Source: Chitinophagales bacterium
GTDB lineage: Bacteria > Bacteroidota > Bacteroidia > Chitinophagales > UBA10324
NCBI GenBank assembly: GCA_013695775.1
Contig: JACCZV010000336.1
Span: forward strand, 1 to 33,649
DNA: 33,649 bases
Reading direction: 5' to 3'
Below the pieces are notes generated by a model. That model was not told the DNA's origin and searched no databases. It was given only the letters and a program-made list of their open reading frames with translations. The position numbers were made by a program, and so were the translations under genes. Positions 8,058-16,549 of this stretch are shown piece after piece. Each line of letters opens with the position of its first letter. Within the stretch, counting starts at the first letter, position 1.

Positions 8058-8126
8058 TAATACAGCAAGTCCCACAGGTGCAACAATATGGTTGCTCTAT
8101 GCTGGAAGACAATGATATTTATATTG

Positions 8127-8199
<73 letters not shown>

Positions 8200-8278
8200 C
8201 CCTTTTTGTAAGGACTGCAAAACTAATCGTTTTGGTAAAAAGTAAAAACGGATCGTATGATATGAAATCAATCCTGAA

Positions 8279-8779
8279 CTATCTTTCAAAAGGAATTTGC
8301 AGGAATTCTGATAATTCATCACCAATGAAAATCAATTGATCCTCATTTCCAGAATCAGCTAATTTCACTACGTTGCCATCATCTTTATACAATGTCAGAA
8401 CTTGTTTTCCACCACTTCTGTTTAACAAAACCCTGTCTATTGATGTTAATGGATATGTATAAATCTTTTGAAGGTATCCGAGATGCTTAAAGATGAAGTA
8501 GCAATTTGATTCTTGCTTGTCAAAGACTACCAGGCCGTTTGCCGATAATATCCAAATGCCGGAGAACAGAATCAATGTAGAAAGCGCTAATGGAAAAACA
8601 GCAAGTCCTGCATCTAAGAACCCGCGTAAAAGCATGGAGGCAACAAACGTGATGACACCAACAGAAAAAACGGGATTCCAAACTTTTTTAGGGACACTTT
8701 TAATGATGAGATGGTCTTCGGTTCTTTCACTCAACTTTAATACACTCACATAATTTAATCGTCTTAATAAATGCTTCAA
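8279..8779 (-). CDS. hypothetical membrane protein with two predicted transmembrane helices
   Basis: 166-aa ORF. It has two hydrophobic stretches (VFSVGVITFVASMLLRGF and VFPLALSTLILFSGIWILS) followed by a beta-rich soluble tail. The annotated start at 8779 is TTG, and there is no upstream ATG, so the start is uncertain. I recognised no motif. Confidence 0.5.
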   Translation of the reverse strand: MKHLLRRLNYVSVLKLSERTEDHLIIKSVPKKVWNPVFSVGVITFVASMLLRGFLDAGLAVFPLALSTLILFSGIWILSANGLVVFDKQESNCYFIFKHLGYLQKIYTYPLTSIDRVLLNRSGGKQVLTLYKDDGNVVKLADSGNEDQLIFIGDELSEFLQIPFER

Positions 8780-8857
8780 GTTACTATTTATGATTTCAAA
8801 AGTCCGTGTAAAATTTTAATCCGCGTAATTTGAACATTTTTAACCGCGCAGGGCATA

Positions 8858-10054
8858 ATGATTTCAGATCGTCAATTGTTTTTGCGCCACCTCGCACAAA
8901 CATCGGATCATCCGATGATGCTGGAAATTGAACGGGCAGCGGGAATTTATCTTTTTGACATTCAGGGAAATAAATACATTGACCTTATCTCCGGAATCAA
9001 TGTCAGCAACGTAGGCCACCTGCACCAGAAAGTTGTTTTGGCGATTGAAGAGCAGTTGAAGCATTATATGCACCTGATGGTATATGGGGAATTTATTCAA
9101 TCACCCCAGGTGTCGTACGCAAGGCTATTGACGGAGCATCTCCCGGAAAAATTGAGTTCAGTTTACTTCACCAATTCCGGCACTGAGGCAACTGAAGGCG
9201 CTATGAAGCTCGCAAAAAGGGTTACCGGTCGCACAGAATTTATTTCTTTTTTCAAATCATACCATGGTCACACTCAAGGAGCATTGAGCGTTATGGGAGA
9301 TGAATATTGGAAGCAGGCTTATAGACCATTGCTCCCCGATACCAGATTATTGCCATTCAATGACTTTAAGGCAATTGAACTTATAACAGAAGATACAGCA
9401 GCAGTAATCATTGAGCCGATACAGGCTGAGGCAGGTGTGATACTTCCACAAGCCGGGTATTTGAGCAAAATCAGAGGGCGATGTGATGACATGGGGGTAT
9501 TGTTGATTTTTGATGAGATTCAGACTGGCATGGGCCGAACGGGTACTCTCTTTTTTTTCGAGCAGCAGGGGGTCGTTCCTGATATTTTATTGCTCGCAAA
9601 GTCGTTTGGAGGCGGGCTGCCTTTGGGTGCTTTTATTTCATCACATCAAAATATGACTGCGCTCACCCACGATCCGGTGCTTGGACATCTAACTACCTTT
9701 GGCGGTAATGCTTTATGTTGCGCTTCTGGCAAGGCTGCGATGGAAGTTTTGTTGAAATATGATCTAATGGCAGAAATAAAAGGTAAGCAAGAGATCTTCA
9801 ATCACTGGCTAAAACATAAAAGAATAAAGCAATTTAGAGTCGCTGGCTTGCTTATGGCATTGGAGTTCTATGATGAGAGGTTCAATAAAGAGGTGATTAA
9901 AAAATGTATTGAAAACGGACTTATTGTAGATTGGTTTTTGTTCGCACCAGAATGCATGAGAATAGCTCCGCCATTAACGATCACGCAAGAGGAAATAAAC
10001 ATCGCGTGTAAGATTTTGCTTAGATCAATAGAAACGGTTTCAAACCAGGGATGA
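8858..10054 (+). CDS. class-III pyridoxal-phosphate-dependent aminotransferase (acetylornithine/ornithine/GABA aminotransferase-like)
   Basis: 398-aa ORF with an ATG start. Motifs present are SGTEATEGAMKLA, IFDEIQTGMGRTG and the PLP-lysine region LLLAKSFGGGLPLGAF. Confidence 0.88.
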   Translation: MISDRQLFLRHLAQTSDHPMMLEIERAAGIYLFDIQGNKYIDLISGINVSNVGHLHQKVVLAIEEQLKHYMHLMVYGEFIQSPQVSYARLLTEHLPEKLSSVYFTNSGTEATEGAMKLAKRVTGRTEFISFFKSYHGHTQGALSVMGDEYWKQAYRPLLPDTRLLPFNDFKAIELITEDTAAVIIEPIQAEAGVILPQAGYLSKIRGRCDDMGVLLIFDEIQTGMGRTGTLFFFEQQGVVPDILLLAKSFGGGLPLGAFISSHQNMTALTHDPVLGHLTTFGGNALCCASGKAAMEVLLKYDLMAEIKGKQEIFNHWLKHKRIKQFRVAGLLMALEFYDERFNKEVIKKCIENGLIVDWFLFAPECMRIAPPLTITQEEINIACKILLRSIETVSNQG

Positions 10055-10072
10055 ACTGCAACAGTGGTAACT

Positions 10073-11065
10073 ATGAAAAAAAGTTGCGCTTCACGATATT
10101 TGTATAAAATGCATTTTGTTTCATATGTTCTTATCAGTTGTGTGGTACTTATAATCGCCTCTTGCCAAAAAGAAAAACATGAATTCGTTTTTACACAGTT
10201 GAATTCAGGAACCATCAACGACCTGAACAGCCTTTGGTTTACAGATGACATGACAGGGTATACATGCGGCGGCGATCGCTACTATCAGGGAAATATTCTT
10301 AAAACAACTGATGCGGGAGCTACCTGGTTCGACCAGGGAGCAGCGATTGATAAAGCATTGTACAGTCTTTTTTTTGTAAATAATGATACTGCGTTTATGG
10401 GGGGTTATGACGGAAAAATTTTTAGGACGTATAATGCCGGCGATTCGTGGGCCTTATATCAGAACTATGTATATCAGCCTGTACGTGGAATTTTTATGGT
10501 GAATGACAACTTAGGTTTTTGCTGTGGAGGCAATGGGTTTAAAACCGGTTTTATATTACATACCTATGATGGAGGAAATCAATGGCAGACAGATACTTTT
10601 AGCATGGAATGGCGCAGCATCTTTTTTGTAGATAATAATCACGGCTTCGTGGCAGGATATGGATCTATCTTCGAAACAACGAATGGAGGACTTACCTGGC
10701 AACCTACCCCCGCTTCGGGTGATTTCTTTCAGTCCCTGTATTTCTCAAGTCCTCAGACTGGCTTCGCGGTAGGTTATGAGGGCACCATTTTAAAGACCAT
10801 CGACGGTGGAAAAACATGGGAGAAAAAGAGGAATGGGAATGATTTGCTTCAAGGCACAAAACATTTTAAGCAGATCATCTTTCGAGATCAGACCACAGGA
10901 TATATTGTGGGGGAGAAAGGGTGTATGTTAAAAACGGAGAACTCCGGTGAAAGTTGGAATGAGGTCATAAATGCTCCGGATGTAAATCTGAATGCAATAT
11001 TTTTGGTTGAAGATGGTGGATATATTTGTGGGGAAGGAGGTAAAATTTACAGATTCCTGGAATAG
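10073..11065 (+). CDS. BNR/Asp-box repeat beta-propeller lipoprotein (Ycf48/Hcf136-like)
   Basis: It has a signal peptide with a lipobox (LIIASC) and six Asp-box-like repeats: TDAGATW, NAGDSW, YDGGNQW, TNGGLTW, IDGGKTW and NSGESW. The track start at 10064 is GTG, so the ATG at 10073 (or 10109) is preferred. Confidence 0.8.
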   Translation: MKKSCASRYLYKMHFVSYVLISCVVLIIASCQKEKHEFVFTQLNSGTINDLNSLWFTDDMTGYTCGGDRYYQGNILKTTDAGATWFDQGAAIDKALYSLFFVNNDTAFMGGYDGKIFRTYNAGDSWALYQNYVYQPVRGIFMVNDNLGFCCGGNGFKTGFILHTYDGGNQWQTDTFSMEWRSIFFVDNNHGFVAGYGSIFETTNGGLTWQPTPASGDFFQSLYFSSPQTGFAVGYEGTILKTIDGGKTWEKKRNGNDLLQGTKHFKQIIFRDQTTGYIVGEKGCMLKTENSGESWNEVINAPDVNLNAIFLVEDGGYICGEGGKIYRFLE

Positions 11066-11097
11066 AAGTTTGCGATTATAACACTTTCATCTTACAC

Positions 11098-12006
11098 ATG
11101 CTTACCATTGATCCTAAGGAAATTTCTGTACCGAAGCTTCATGCTTTCATGCTTGCATCGATTGCCCCTCGCCCCATTGCATTTGCAAGCACAGTAGATA
11201 TAGAGGGCATTCCAAATCTTTCTCCATTCAGCTTCTTCAATGCCTTCGGCAGCAATCCTCCAACACTTATTTTTTCTCCTGCCCGTCGTGTTCGTGACAA
11301 CACCACTAAACATACGCTTCAAAATATTGAACAAGTACCCGAAGTGGTAATTAATACCGTGAACTTTGAGATGGTTCAGCAGGCCTCGTTGTCGAGCGTG
11401 GAATTCCCGAAAGGTACCAATGAATTCTTAAAGTCGGGCTTTAATCCGGAGCCATCAATAAGAGTAAAACCCTTTCGTGTTAAGGAATCAACAGTGCAGT
11501 TTGAATGCAGGGTGGTAGAGGTAAAATCAATGGGTAACGAGGGTGGAGCAGCCAACCTCATCATTTGTGAAATTATGTTGATGCACATCAGTGAGCTCAT
11601 ACTAACAGAACAGGGGCGCATTGATCAACACAAGATTGACCTTGTAGCCAGGCTTGGTGATGATTATTATGTAAGAGCTTCCGGTGCCGCCTTATTCGAA
11701 GTGCCAAAACCTAATATTAAGCCTGCCATTGGCATTGATCTGCTGCCTGAATCCATTAGGCTTAGCAAAGTCCTGACAGGCAATAATCTTGGCCAGCTTG
11801 GCAATTCTCAACACATACCCACAAAAGAAGAATTGAATAGTGTGGCTATCGGCGCTGCCATAACCGAATTGTCTGAACGTTTTCATAATGACGATGAATC
11901 TTTCAATTATCACACACACATTTTAGCCAAAGAGTTTTTAGATGAGGGAAATGTGATGGCCGCCTGGAAGGTTCTCCTTTTGGAAGATGATGCAAACGCA
12001 AAATGA
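11098..12006 (+). CDS. flavin reductase-like (FMN-binding split-barrel) domain protein with a C-terminal extension
   Basis: 302-aa ORF. The N-terminal PRPIAFASTVDIEGIPNLSPFSFFN is the typical flavin-reductase-domain signature. About 100 C-terminal residues remain unassigned. Confidence 0.8.
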   Translation: MLTIDPKEISVPKLHAFMLASIAPRPIAFASTVDIEGIPNLSPFSFFNAFGSNPPTLIFSPARRVRDNTTKHTLQNIEQVPEVVINTVNFEMVQQASLSSVEFPKGTNEFLKSGFNPEPSIRVKPFRVKESTVQFECRVVEVKSMGNEGGAANLIICEIMLMHISELILTEQGRIDQHKIDLVARLGDDYYVRASGAALFEVPKPNIKPAIGIDLLPESIRLSKVLTGNNLGQLGNSQHIPTKEELNSVAIGAAITELSERFHNDDESFNYHTHILAKEFLDEGNVMAAWKVLLLEDDANAK

Positions 12007-12036
12007 AACCTGCTATTTTTGACCAATATCTATCAG

Positions 12037-13551
12037 ATGACAAATTTGAGTGAACATGAGGTTCAGAGAAGGCAAGCTTTACAAGAATTAATTTCACTTG
12101 GTATAGAGCCGTATCCTGCGGAAACATTTGAGGTTAACAATTTATCAAAAAATATATTGACCAACTATTCTGATAGCGTTCAGGATGAACGCTGGAAGCA
12201 TATCTCCATAGCAGGACGTCTGATGAGCAAAAGAATTATGGGAAGTGCCTCTTTTGCTGTGCTTCAAGATTCAGAAGGGAAAATACAATTATATATCAGC
12301 CGGGATGAGCTGTGCCCTGGTGACGACAAATCATTATATAATGCGGTATTTAAAAAATTGTTAGACCTGGGGGATTTTATTGGCGTGACAGGTTATGTTT
12401 TTATTACGAAGTCAGGTGAAATCTCTATACATGTAAGAACAATGAAACTGCTTAGTAAAGCGCTGAAACCTCTTCCCTTTGTAAAAGAAAAAGAGGGTCA
12501 GATATATGATGAGGTTACCGATCCCGAGTTGCGTTATAGACAAAGATATGTAGACCTTAATATCGATAGAAAATCGAAAGAAACCTTTATCATCAGATCG
12601 AAGCTCCAGCAAACGATGCGAATTTTTTTGTTGGAAAAAGGATATCTCGAAGTAGAGACGCCGGTATTGCAACCCATATATGGCGGTGCTGCGGCCAGGC
12701 CTTTTAAGACACATCATAATTCACTTGACATGACTCTTTATCTTCGAATTGCTGATGAGTTGTACTTAAAGCGGTTGATTGTAGGAGGATTTGATGGTGT
12801 ATTTGAATTTGCAAAAGATTTTCGCAATGAGGGAATGGATAGAACACATAATCCTGAATTTACAATGATGGAATTATATGTGGCATATAAAGATTATGTA
12901 TGGATGATGGATTTTGTTGAAGAGATGCTGGAACGTATTGCTATAGACTTGAATGGCAGCACTAAAGTGAAAATTGCTGATAACGAAATAGATTTCAGGA
13001 GGCCATGGCTACGCCTAACAATGTATGAAGCCATTCATCATTTCACACAAATTGATATCAGCCAGATGGATGAACCAGCGCTTAGACAAACAGCAGAAAA
13101 GCTTCATGTGCCTTTAGATGCTTCTATGGGAAAGAGCAAGATCATAGATGAGATTTTTGGGGAAAAATGTGAGCCATTTCTTATACAGCCTACTTTCATC
13201 ACAGATTATCCGGTGGAGATGTCCCCGCTGGCGAAAAAGCACCGGAGTAAGCCGGGACTCGTAGAAAGGTTTGAGGCTATCTGCAACGGAAAGGAGATAT
13301 GTAATGCCTTCTCTGAATTGAATGATCCCCTAGACCAGCGGAAAAGATTTGAGGAACAATTACAATTAGGTAAGAGAGGAGATGAGGAAGCGATGATGGT
13401 TGATGAAGATTTTCTAAGAGCACTTGAATATGGAATGCCGCCTACCGCAGGTTTGGGAATAGGTATTGATCGGCTGGCAATGATCATGTCAGACTCGCCT
13501 TCAATTCAGGATGTCATTCTCTTTCCCCAAATGCGCCCGGAGAGAAATTGA
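12037..13551 (+). CDS. lysS: lysine--tRNA ligase (class II)
   Basis: It has class II motifs: FRNEGMDRTHNPEFTMMELY (motif 2 region) and GLGIGIDRLAMIM (motif 3 region), plus an N-terminal OB-fold region. The track start at 12019 is TTG, so the ATG at 12037 is preferred. Confidence 0.95.
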   Translation: MTNLSEHEVQRRQALQELISLGIEPYPAETFEVNNLSKNILTNYSDSVQDERWKHISIAGRLMSKRIMGSASFAVLQDSEGKIQLYISRDELCPGDDKSLYNAVFKKLLDLGDFIGVTGYVFITKSGEISIHVRTMKLLSKALKPLPFVKEKEGQIYDEVTDPELRYRQRYVDLNIDRKSKETFIIRSKLQQTMRIFLLEKGYLEVETPVLQPIYGGAAARPFKTHHNSLDMTLYLRIADELYLKRLIVGGFDGVFEFAKDFRNEGMDRTHNPEFTMMELYVAYKDYVWMMDFVEEMLERIAIDLNGSTKVKIADNEIDFRRPWLRLTMYEAIHHFTQIDISQMDEPALRQTAEKLHVPLDASMGKSKIIDEIFGEKCEPFLIQPTFITDYPVEMSPLAKKHRSKPGLVERFEAICNGKEICNAFSELNDPLDQRKRFEEQLQLGKRGDEEAMMVDEDFLRALEYGMPPTAGLGIGIDRLAMIMSDSPSIQDVILFPQMRPERN

Positions 13552-13580
13552 TTGTCATCTATCACACAGATTCTTATAAA

Positions 13581-15260
13581 ATGATTATTGCGAAAGTAGC
13601 AACGGGAAACTCTCTGAAGGTGCTCGCTCTTTTATGCACGCTAATGAATTTACCCGCCTTATCTTCTGCTCAGATTATTGAGGTTCCATATGATTCTGAT
13701 AGCACCTTTTACCGAGTTGATCTTGCTTTGAAAAATGCCGACAGGTGTTTTTATCTTTTTTTGGAGGCGGACACTATACAAGATCTGCCACCAGATTTTA
13801 AATCGCTAAAAAATCTGAGGGGCATCACTTTTAGGTATTGCCTGAAAGCGAACTGGGCAAACATCTTTAAACGGCTGGCCGATATTTCAAACTTAAAATA
13901 TCTTGAGATCAGCATTTGTGATCTGAGAATATTACCCGAGGATATTGGCCAGATGAACCAGATAACGTCACTAAATTTAAAGTCAAATTTACTTGAGAAC
14001 CTTCCACAAAATGTTAAGAATTGCTCTCAGTTGGAATATTTGAATTTATCGTTTAATAGATATTCCGACTTGGCATCACTGACTGATCAGCTAAATTCAA
14101 TTCCTCATCTCAGGTCCGTTGATCTCTCCAATGCATGGATATCGGAATTGCCAGTGAATTTTTCCTCATTAATAAATCTTACATCGCTCAACCTCTCAGA
14201 CAATCACCTTCGGTCCTTGCCTGAGGATTTCCAGAATCTGCAGTCACTCGAAGTTCTGGATCTGAGCAACAATAGGCTGCTTGATTATTCTGTTGAAATG
14301 ACAAAAGTGTCTCTCTTAAAAGGTCTTAAAGAATTGAGACTGGCTTCTAATGAGCTTGCTAAGCTTTCTGAATCTGTGGGCGATCTTACGTTACTCGAAG
14401 TACTGGACTTAAGTGGCAACATATTAGATGCGCTTCCATCTTCTATCGGGAATCTTGCAGCTCTGCAGGATTTAAACCTTGGATCTGATGCAGCAAGACA
14501 AAGAAGGAACAGGATTCGGAATTTTCCAGCCACCTTTGAAAATTTGATAAACCTGGAGCGGTTGAATATTAGCGGTGATTCGATAATAAAAGTTCCGGTA
14601 GCAATCTCAAAATTCACCAAGCTTAAAGAATTGAACCTGAGCTGGTGTACCATTTTCGAAATCTCACCGTCACTTCGGGCATTGGAAAACCTGGAGATAT
14701 TGAACCTCGATCATAATCATATAAGTAAAATTCCTGAGTGGATTGGGGAGCTCAAAGCATTGCGTGAGTTGCATATTGATGCAGATTATTTTTCATATCC
14801 ATTGGATAAGATCAATCTGCTTCCAGCTTCCCTCGGCCTATTAAAAAATTTAGAGGTGCTAAGTCTAAACGATCAGGTGATAAGGGTACTTCCCTCCTCT
14901 ATTAGCAATTGTACTAAACTTAGGGTGCTTAACCTGCGCAACAATCTGCTATCATCCTTACCTGATGAATTTATATTAATGAGCTCGCTGGAGAATCTTG
15001 ATTTAAAAGCAAATGAATTAGAAAATCTTCCCTCCGGATTTTCTCAATTAGCATCGCTGAAGCATCTAAACCTTAGCTTCAATCCACCTCTGAATCTTCC
15101 TGCCGCAGCTCAGCAAATTCAACATATGAAACAACTTCAGGTATTGGATATAAGTTTTAATCAGCTCACACCTCAGATATATTATGGATTGAAGGAAGTT
15201 CTTCCGGATACGAAAATAATTGCCAAAGGAATTAACAATCTGAATCCGCTTGGCAATTAA
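13581..15260 (+). CDS. secreted leucine-rich-repeat (LRR) protein
   Basis: It contains roughly 18-20 consecutive units of about 23 residues with the pattern L-x-x-L-x-L-x-x-N-x-L-x-x-LP-x-x-I, for example LTSLNLSDNHLRSLPEDFQNLQS and LEVLDLSNNRL. An N-terminal signal peptide (LKVLALLCTLMNLPALSSAQ) follows the ATG at 13581. The track start at 13548 is a TTG that overlaps the lysS stop. Confidence 0.85.
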   Translation: MIIAKVATGNSLKVLALLCTLMNLPALSSAQIIEVPYDSDSTFYRVDLALKNADRCFYLFLEADTIQDLPPDFKSLKNLRGITFRYCLKANWANIFKRLADISNLKYLEISICDLRILPEDIGQMNQITSLNLKSNLLENLPQNVKNCSQLEYLNLSFNRYSDLASLTDQLNSIPHLRSVDLSNAWISELPVNFSSLINLTSLNLSDNHLRSLPEDFQNLQSLEVLDLSNNRLLDYSVEMTKVSLLKGLKELRLASNELAKLSESVGDLTLLEVLDLSGNILDALPSSIGNLAALQDLNLGSDAARQRRNRIRNFPATFENLINLERLNISGDSIIKVPVAISKFTKLKELNLSWCTIFEISPSLRALENLEILNLDHNHISKIPEWIGELKALRELHIDADYFSYPLDKINLLPASLGLLKNLEVLSLNDQVIRVLPSSISNCTKLRVLNLRNNLLSSLPDEFILMSSLENLDLKANELENLPSGFSQLASLKHLNLSFNPPLNLPAAAQQIQHMKQLQVLDISFNQLTPQIYYGLKEVLPDTKIIAKGINNLNPLGN

Positions 15261-15269
15261 GCAGAAATC

Positions 15270-16403
15270 TTAATCCTCATGCTCCATCAGTTCAAGAATT
15301 ATTCTATCTGCCACCAGCTTACCCTGGTTTGTTAGAGATATTTTTTTATCTGAATAATGTAAAGCTCCGGTATCTTCAAATTGCCTTGCTTTCGACCTCA
15401 CATGATTGGCATAAGTGTGACTAAATTTATCTCTGATTTTCTCTATATCTGTTCCCCACATGGTACGTAGAGAGGTTATAATATATTCATTCAATTGCTG
15501 AGTAAACGATAGGCTTTCATCTTTAAAAGGAAGATTTCCATCTTCTAAGGCGAGGAGATATTTGTAATTATTGGAAATGTTCCATTGCCGGGTTTGTCCG
15601 TTATAAGAGTGTGCGGAAGGCCCCAATCCAAGATATTTCTGGCCGGTCCAATAGGCGGTGTTATGTCTTGAATGATAATTTTCTTTGCAGAAATTTGAAA
15701 TTTCGTAATGAATCCATCCCTTTTCGGCAGTAGCTTTCATAAGCATTTCAAATTGCGTAGCCGCCAGTTCTTCATTTAACATTGGAGCATTACCTTTTTT
15801 TATAAATGCTGCAAGAGGTGTGTTAGGTTCCATTGTTAAGCTGTAACAAGAGAGGTGCTGAATGTTAAGTTCGAAAGCCTGGTTCAGATTTTCCTTCCAT
15901 TCATTGTTTGTTGAATCTGGCAGTCCGTAAATCAGGTCAATTGAGATATTTTTAAACCCCAGATCCTGCGATAATTTAACAGCGCTTGCAGCTTGCTCCG
16001 CGGTATGTACTCTATTCATCCATCGCAGGTCTTTATCATAGAAAGATTGAATACCGATGCTAAGCCGGTTTATTCCACAGCTTTGAAGTTCTATTATCTT
16101 CTCTGCTGTTAAATCATCAGGATTCGCTTCCAGAGTGATCTCAGCTCCGGATTCAATAATGAACCGTTGATGGAGCCCATTAAAAATCTGTTCGAGCTCA
16201 TCCTTAGCTAACAATGAAGGAGTTCCTCCGCCTAAATAAATGGATTGAATTGGTTCGCCTGAGAGATAATTTTTCTGCAGTTCCATTTCTTTTACAATGG
16301 CCGTTGTTAGTCTTTCCTTTACCTCATGATTAACCGAAAAATGGAAATCGCAGTAGTGGCATGCTTGCTTGCAAAATGGAATATGTATATAAATACCGGC
16401 CAC
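15270..16403 (-). CDS. hemW: radical SAM family heme chaperone HemW / oxygen-independent coproporphyrinogen-III oxidase-like protein
   Basis: 377-aa ORF. It has the radical-SAM cluster motif YIHIPFCKQACHYCDF (C-x3-C-x2-C) and a HemN-like C-terminal domain. The start is apparently GTG at 16403. Confidence 0.88.
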   Translation of the reverse strand: MAGIYIHIPFCKQACHYCDFHFSVNHEVKERLTTAIVKEMELQKNYLSGEPIQSIYLGGGTPSLLAKDELEQIFNGLHQRFIIESGAEITLEANPDDLTAEKIIELQSCGINRLSIGIQSFYDKDLRWMNRVHTAEQAASAVKLSQDLGFKNISIDLIYGLPDSTNNEWKENLNQAFELNIQHLSCYSLTMEPNTPLAAFIKKGNAPMLNEELAATQFEMLMKATAEKGWIHYEISNFCKENYHSRHNTAYWTGQKYLGLGPSAHSYNGQTRQWNISNNYKYLLALEDGNLPFKDESLSFTQQLNEYIITSLRTMWGTDIEKIRDKFSHTYANHVRSKARQFEDTGALHYSDKKISLTNQGKLVADRIILELMEHED

Positions 16404-16549
16404 TGTTAGTCTCCAAGGGCATTTTTGAATTCCCTTGCTGTTCTGAACATATTGATCTTAATCAATCTTTAAATTGTTGCTTTACGCATGGAATATTAGA
16501 CTGAAACAAGTCAGTTATAATTTTACCTTTTAAATTCAGTTATAACGGA

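Larger units (their letters stand above)
7454..8126. repeat. ORF-free cluster of REP-like hairpin-plus-tail repeats (hairpin followed by CGAMAGTATGGTAG) in direct and inverted orientation
   Basis: Direct copies lie at 7501-7531, 7822-7859, 8008-8054 and 8065-8095 (the last is degenerate). A related module, AAGTTCAAAC-hairpin-ACAGTATTC, lies at 7546-7576 and 7871-7899. Inverted copies lie at 7641-7666 and 7682-7713. There is also a (TC)5 run at about 7461-7472. Confidence 0.75.

Noticed and set aside
7930-8112. 60-aa ORF on the minus strand (MSSSIEQPYCC...ILPYCRPYGTCLAV...)
   Set aside because: It lies entirely within the repeat block. Its sequence is just the translation of the hairpin-tail repeats (YCRPYGTC comes from CTACCATACTGTCGTCCCTACGGGAC). 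There is no coding signature.
7454-8126. Possible CRISPR array, given the multiple short repeats near a tRNA
   Set aside because: The repeats vary in length and sequence, occur in both orientations and are irregularly spaced (unit starts at 7497, 7817 and 8003). There are no uniform spacers and no cas genes in the window.
14285-14653. 122-aa antisense ORF inside the LRR gene
   Set aside because: The periodic LRR codon structure tends to leave antisense frames open. There is no motif and no independent start context.
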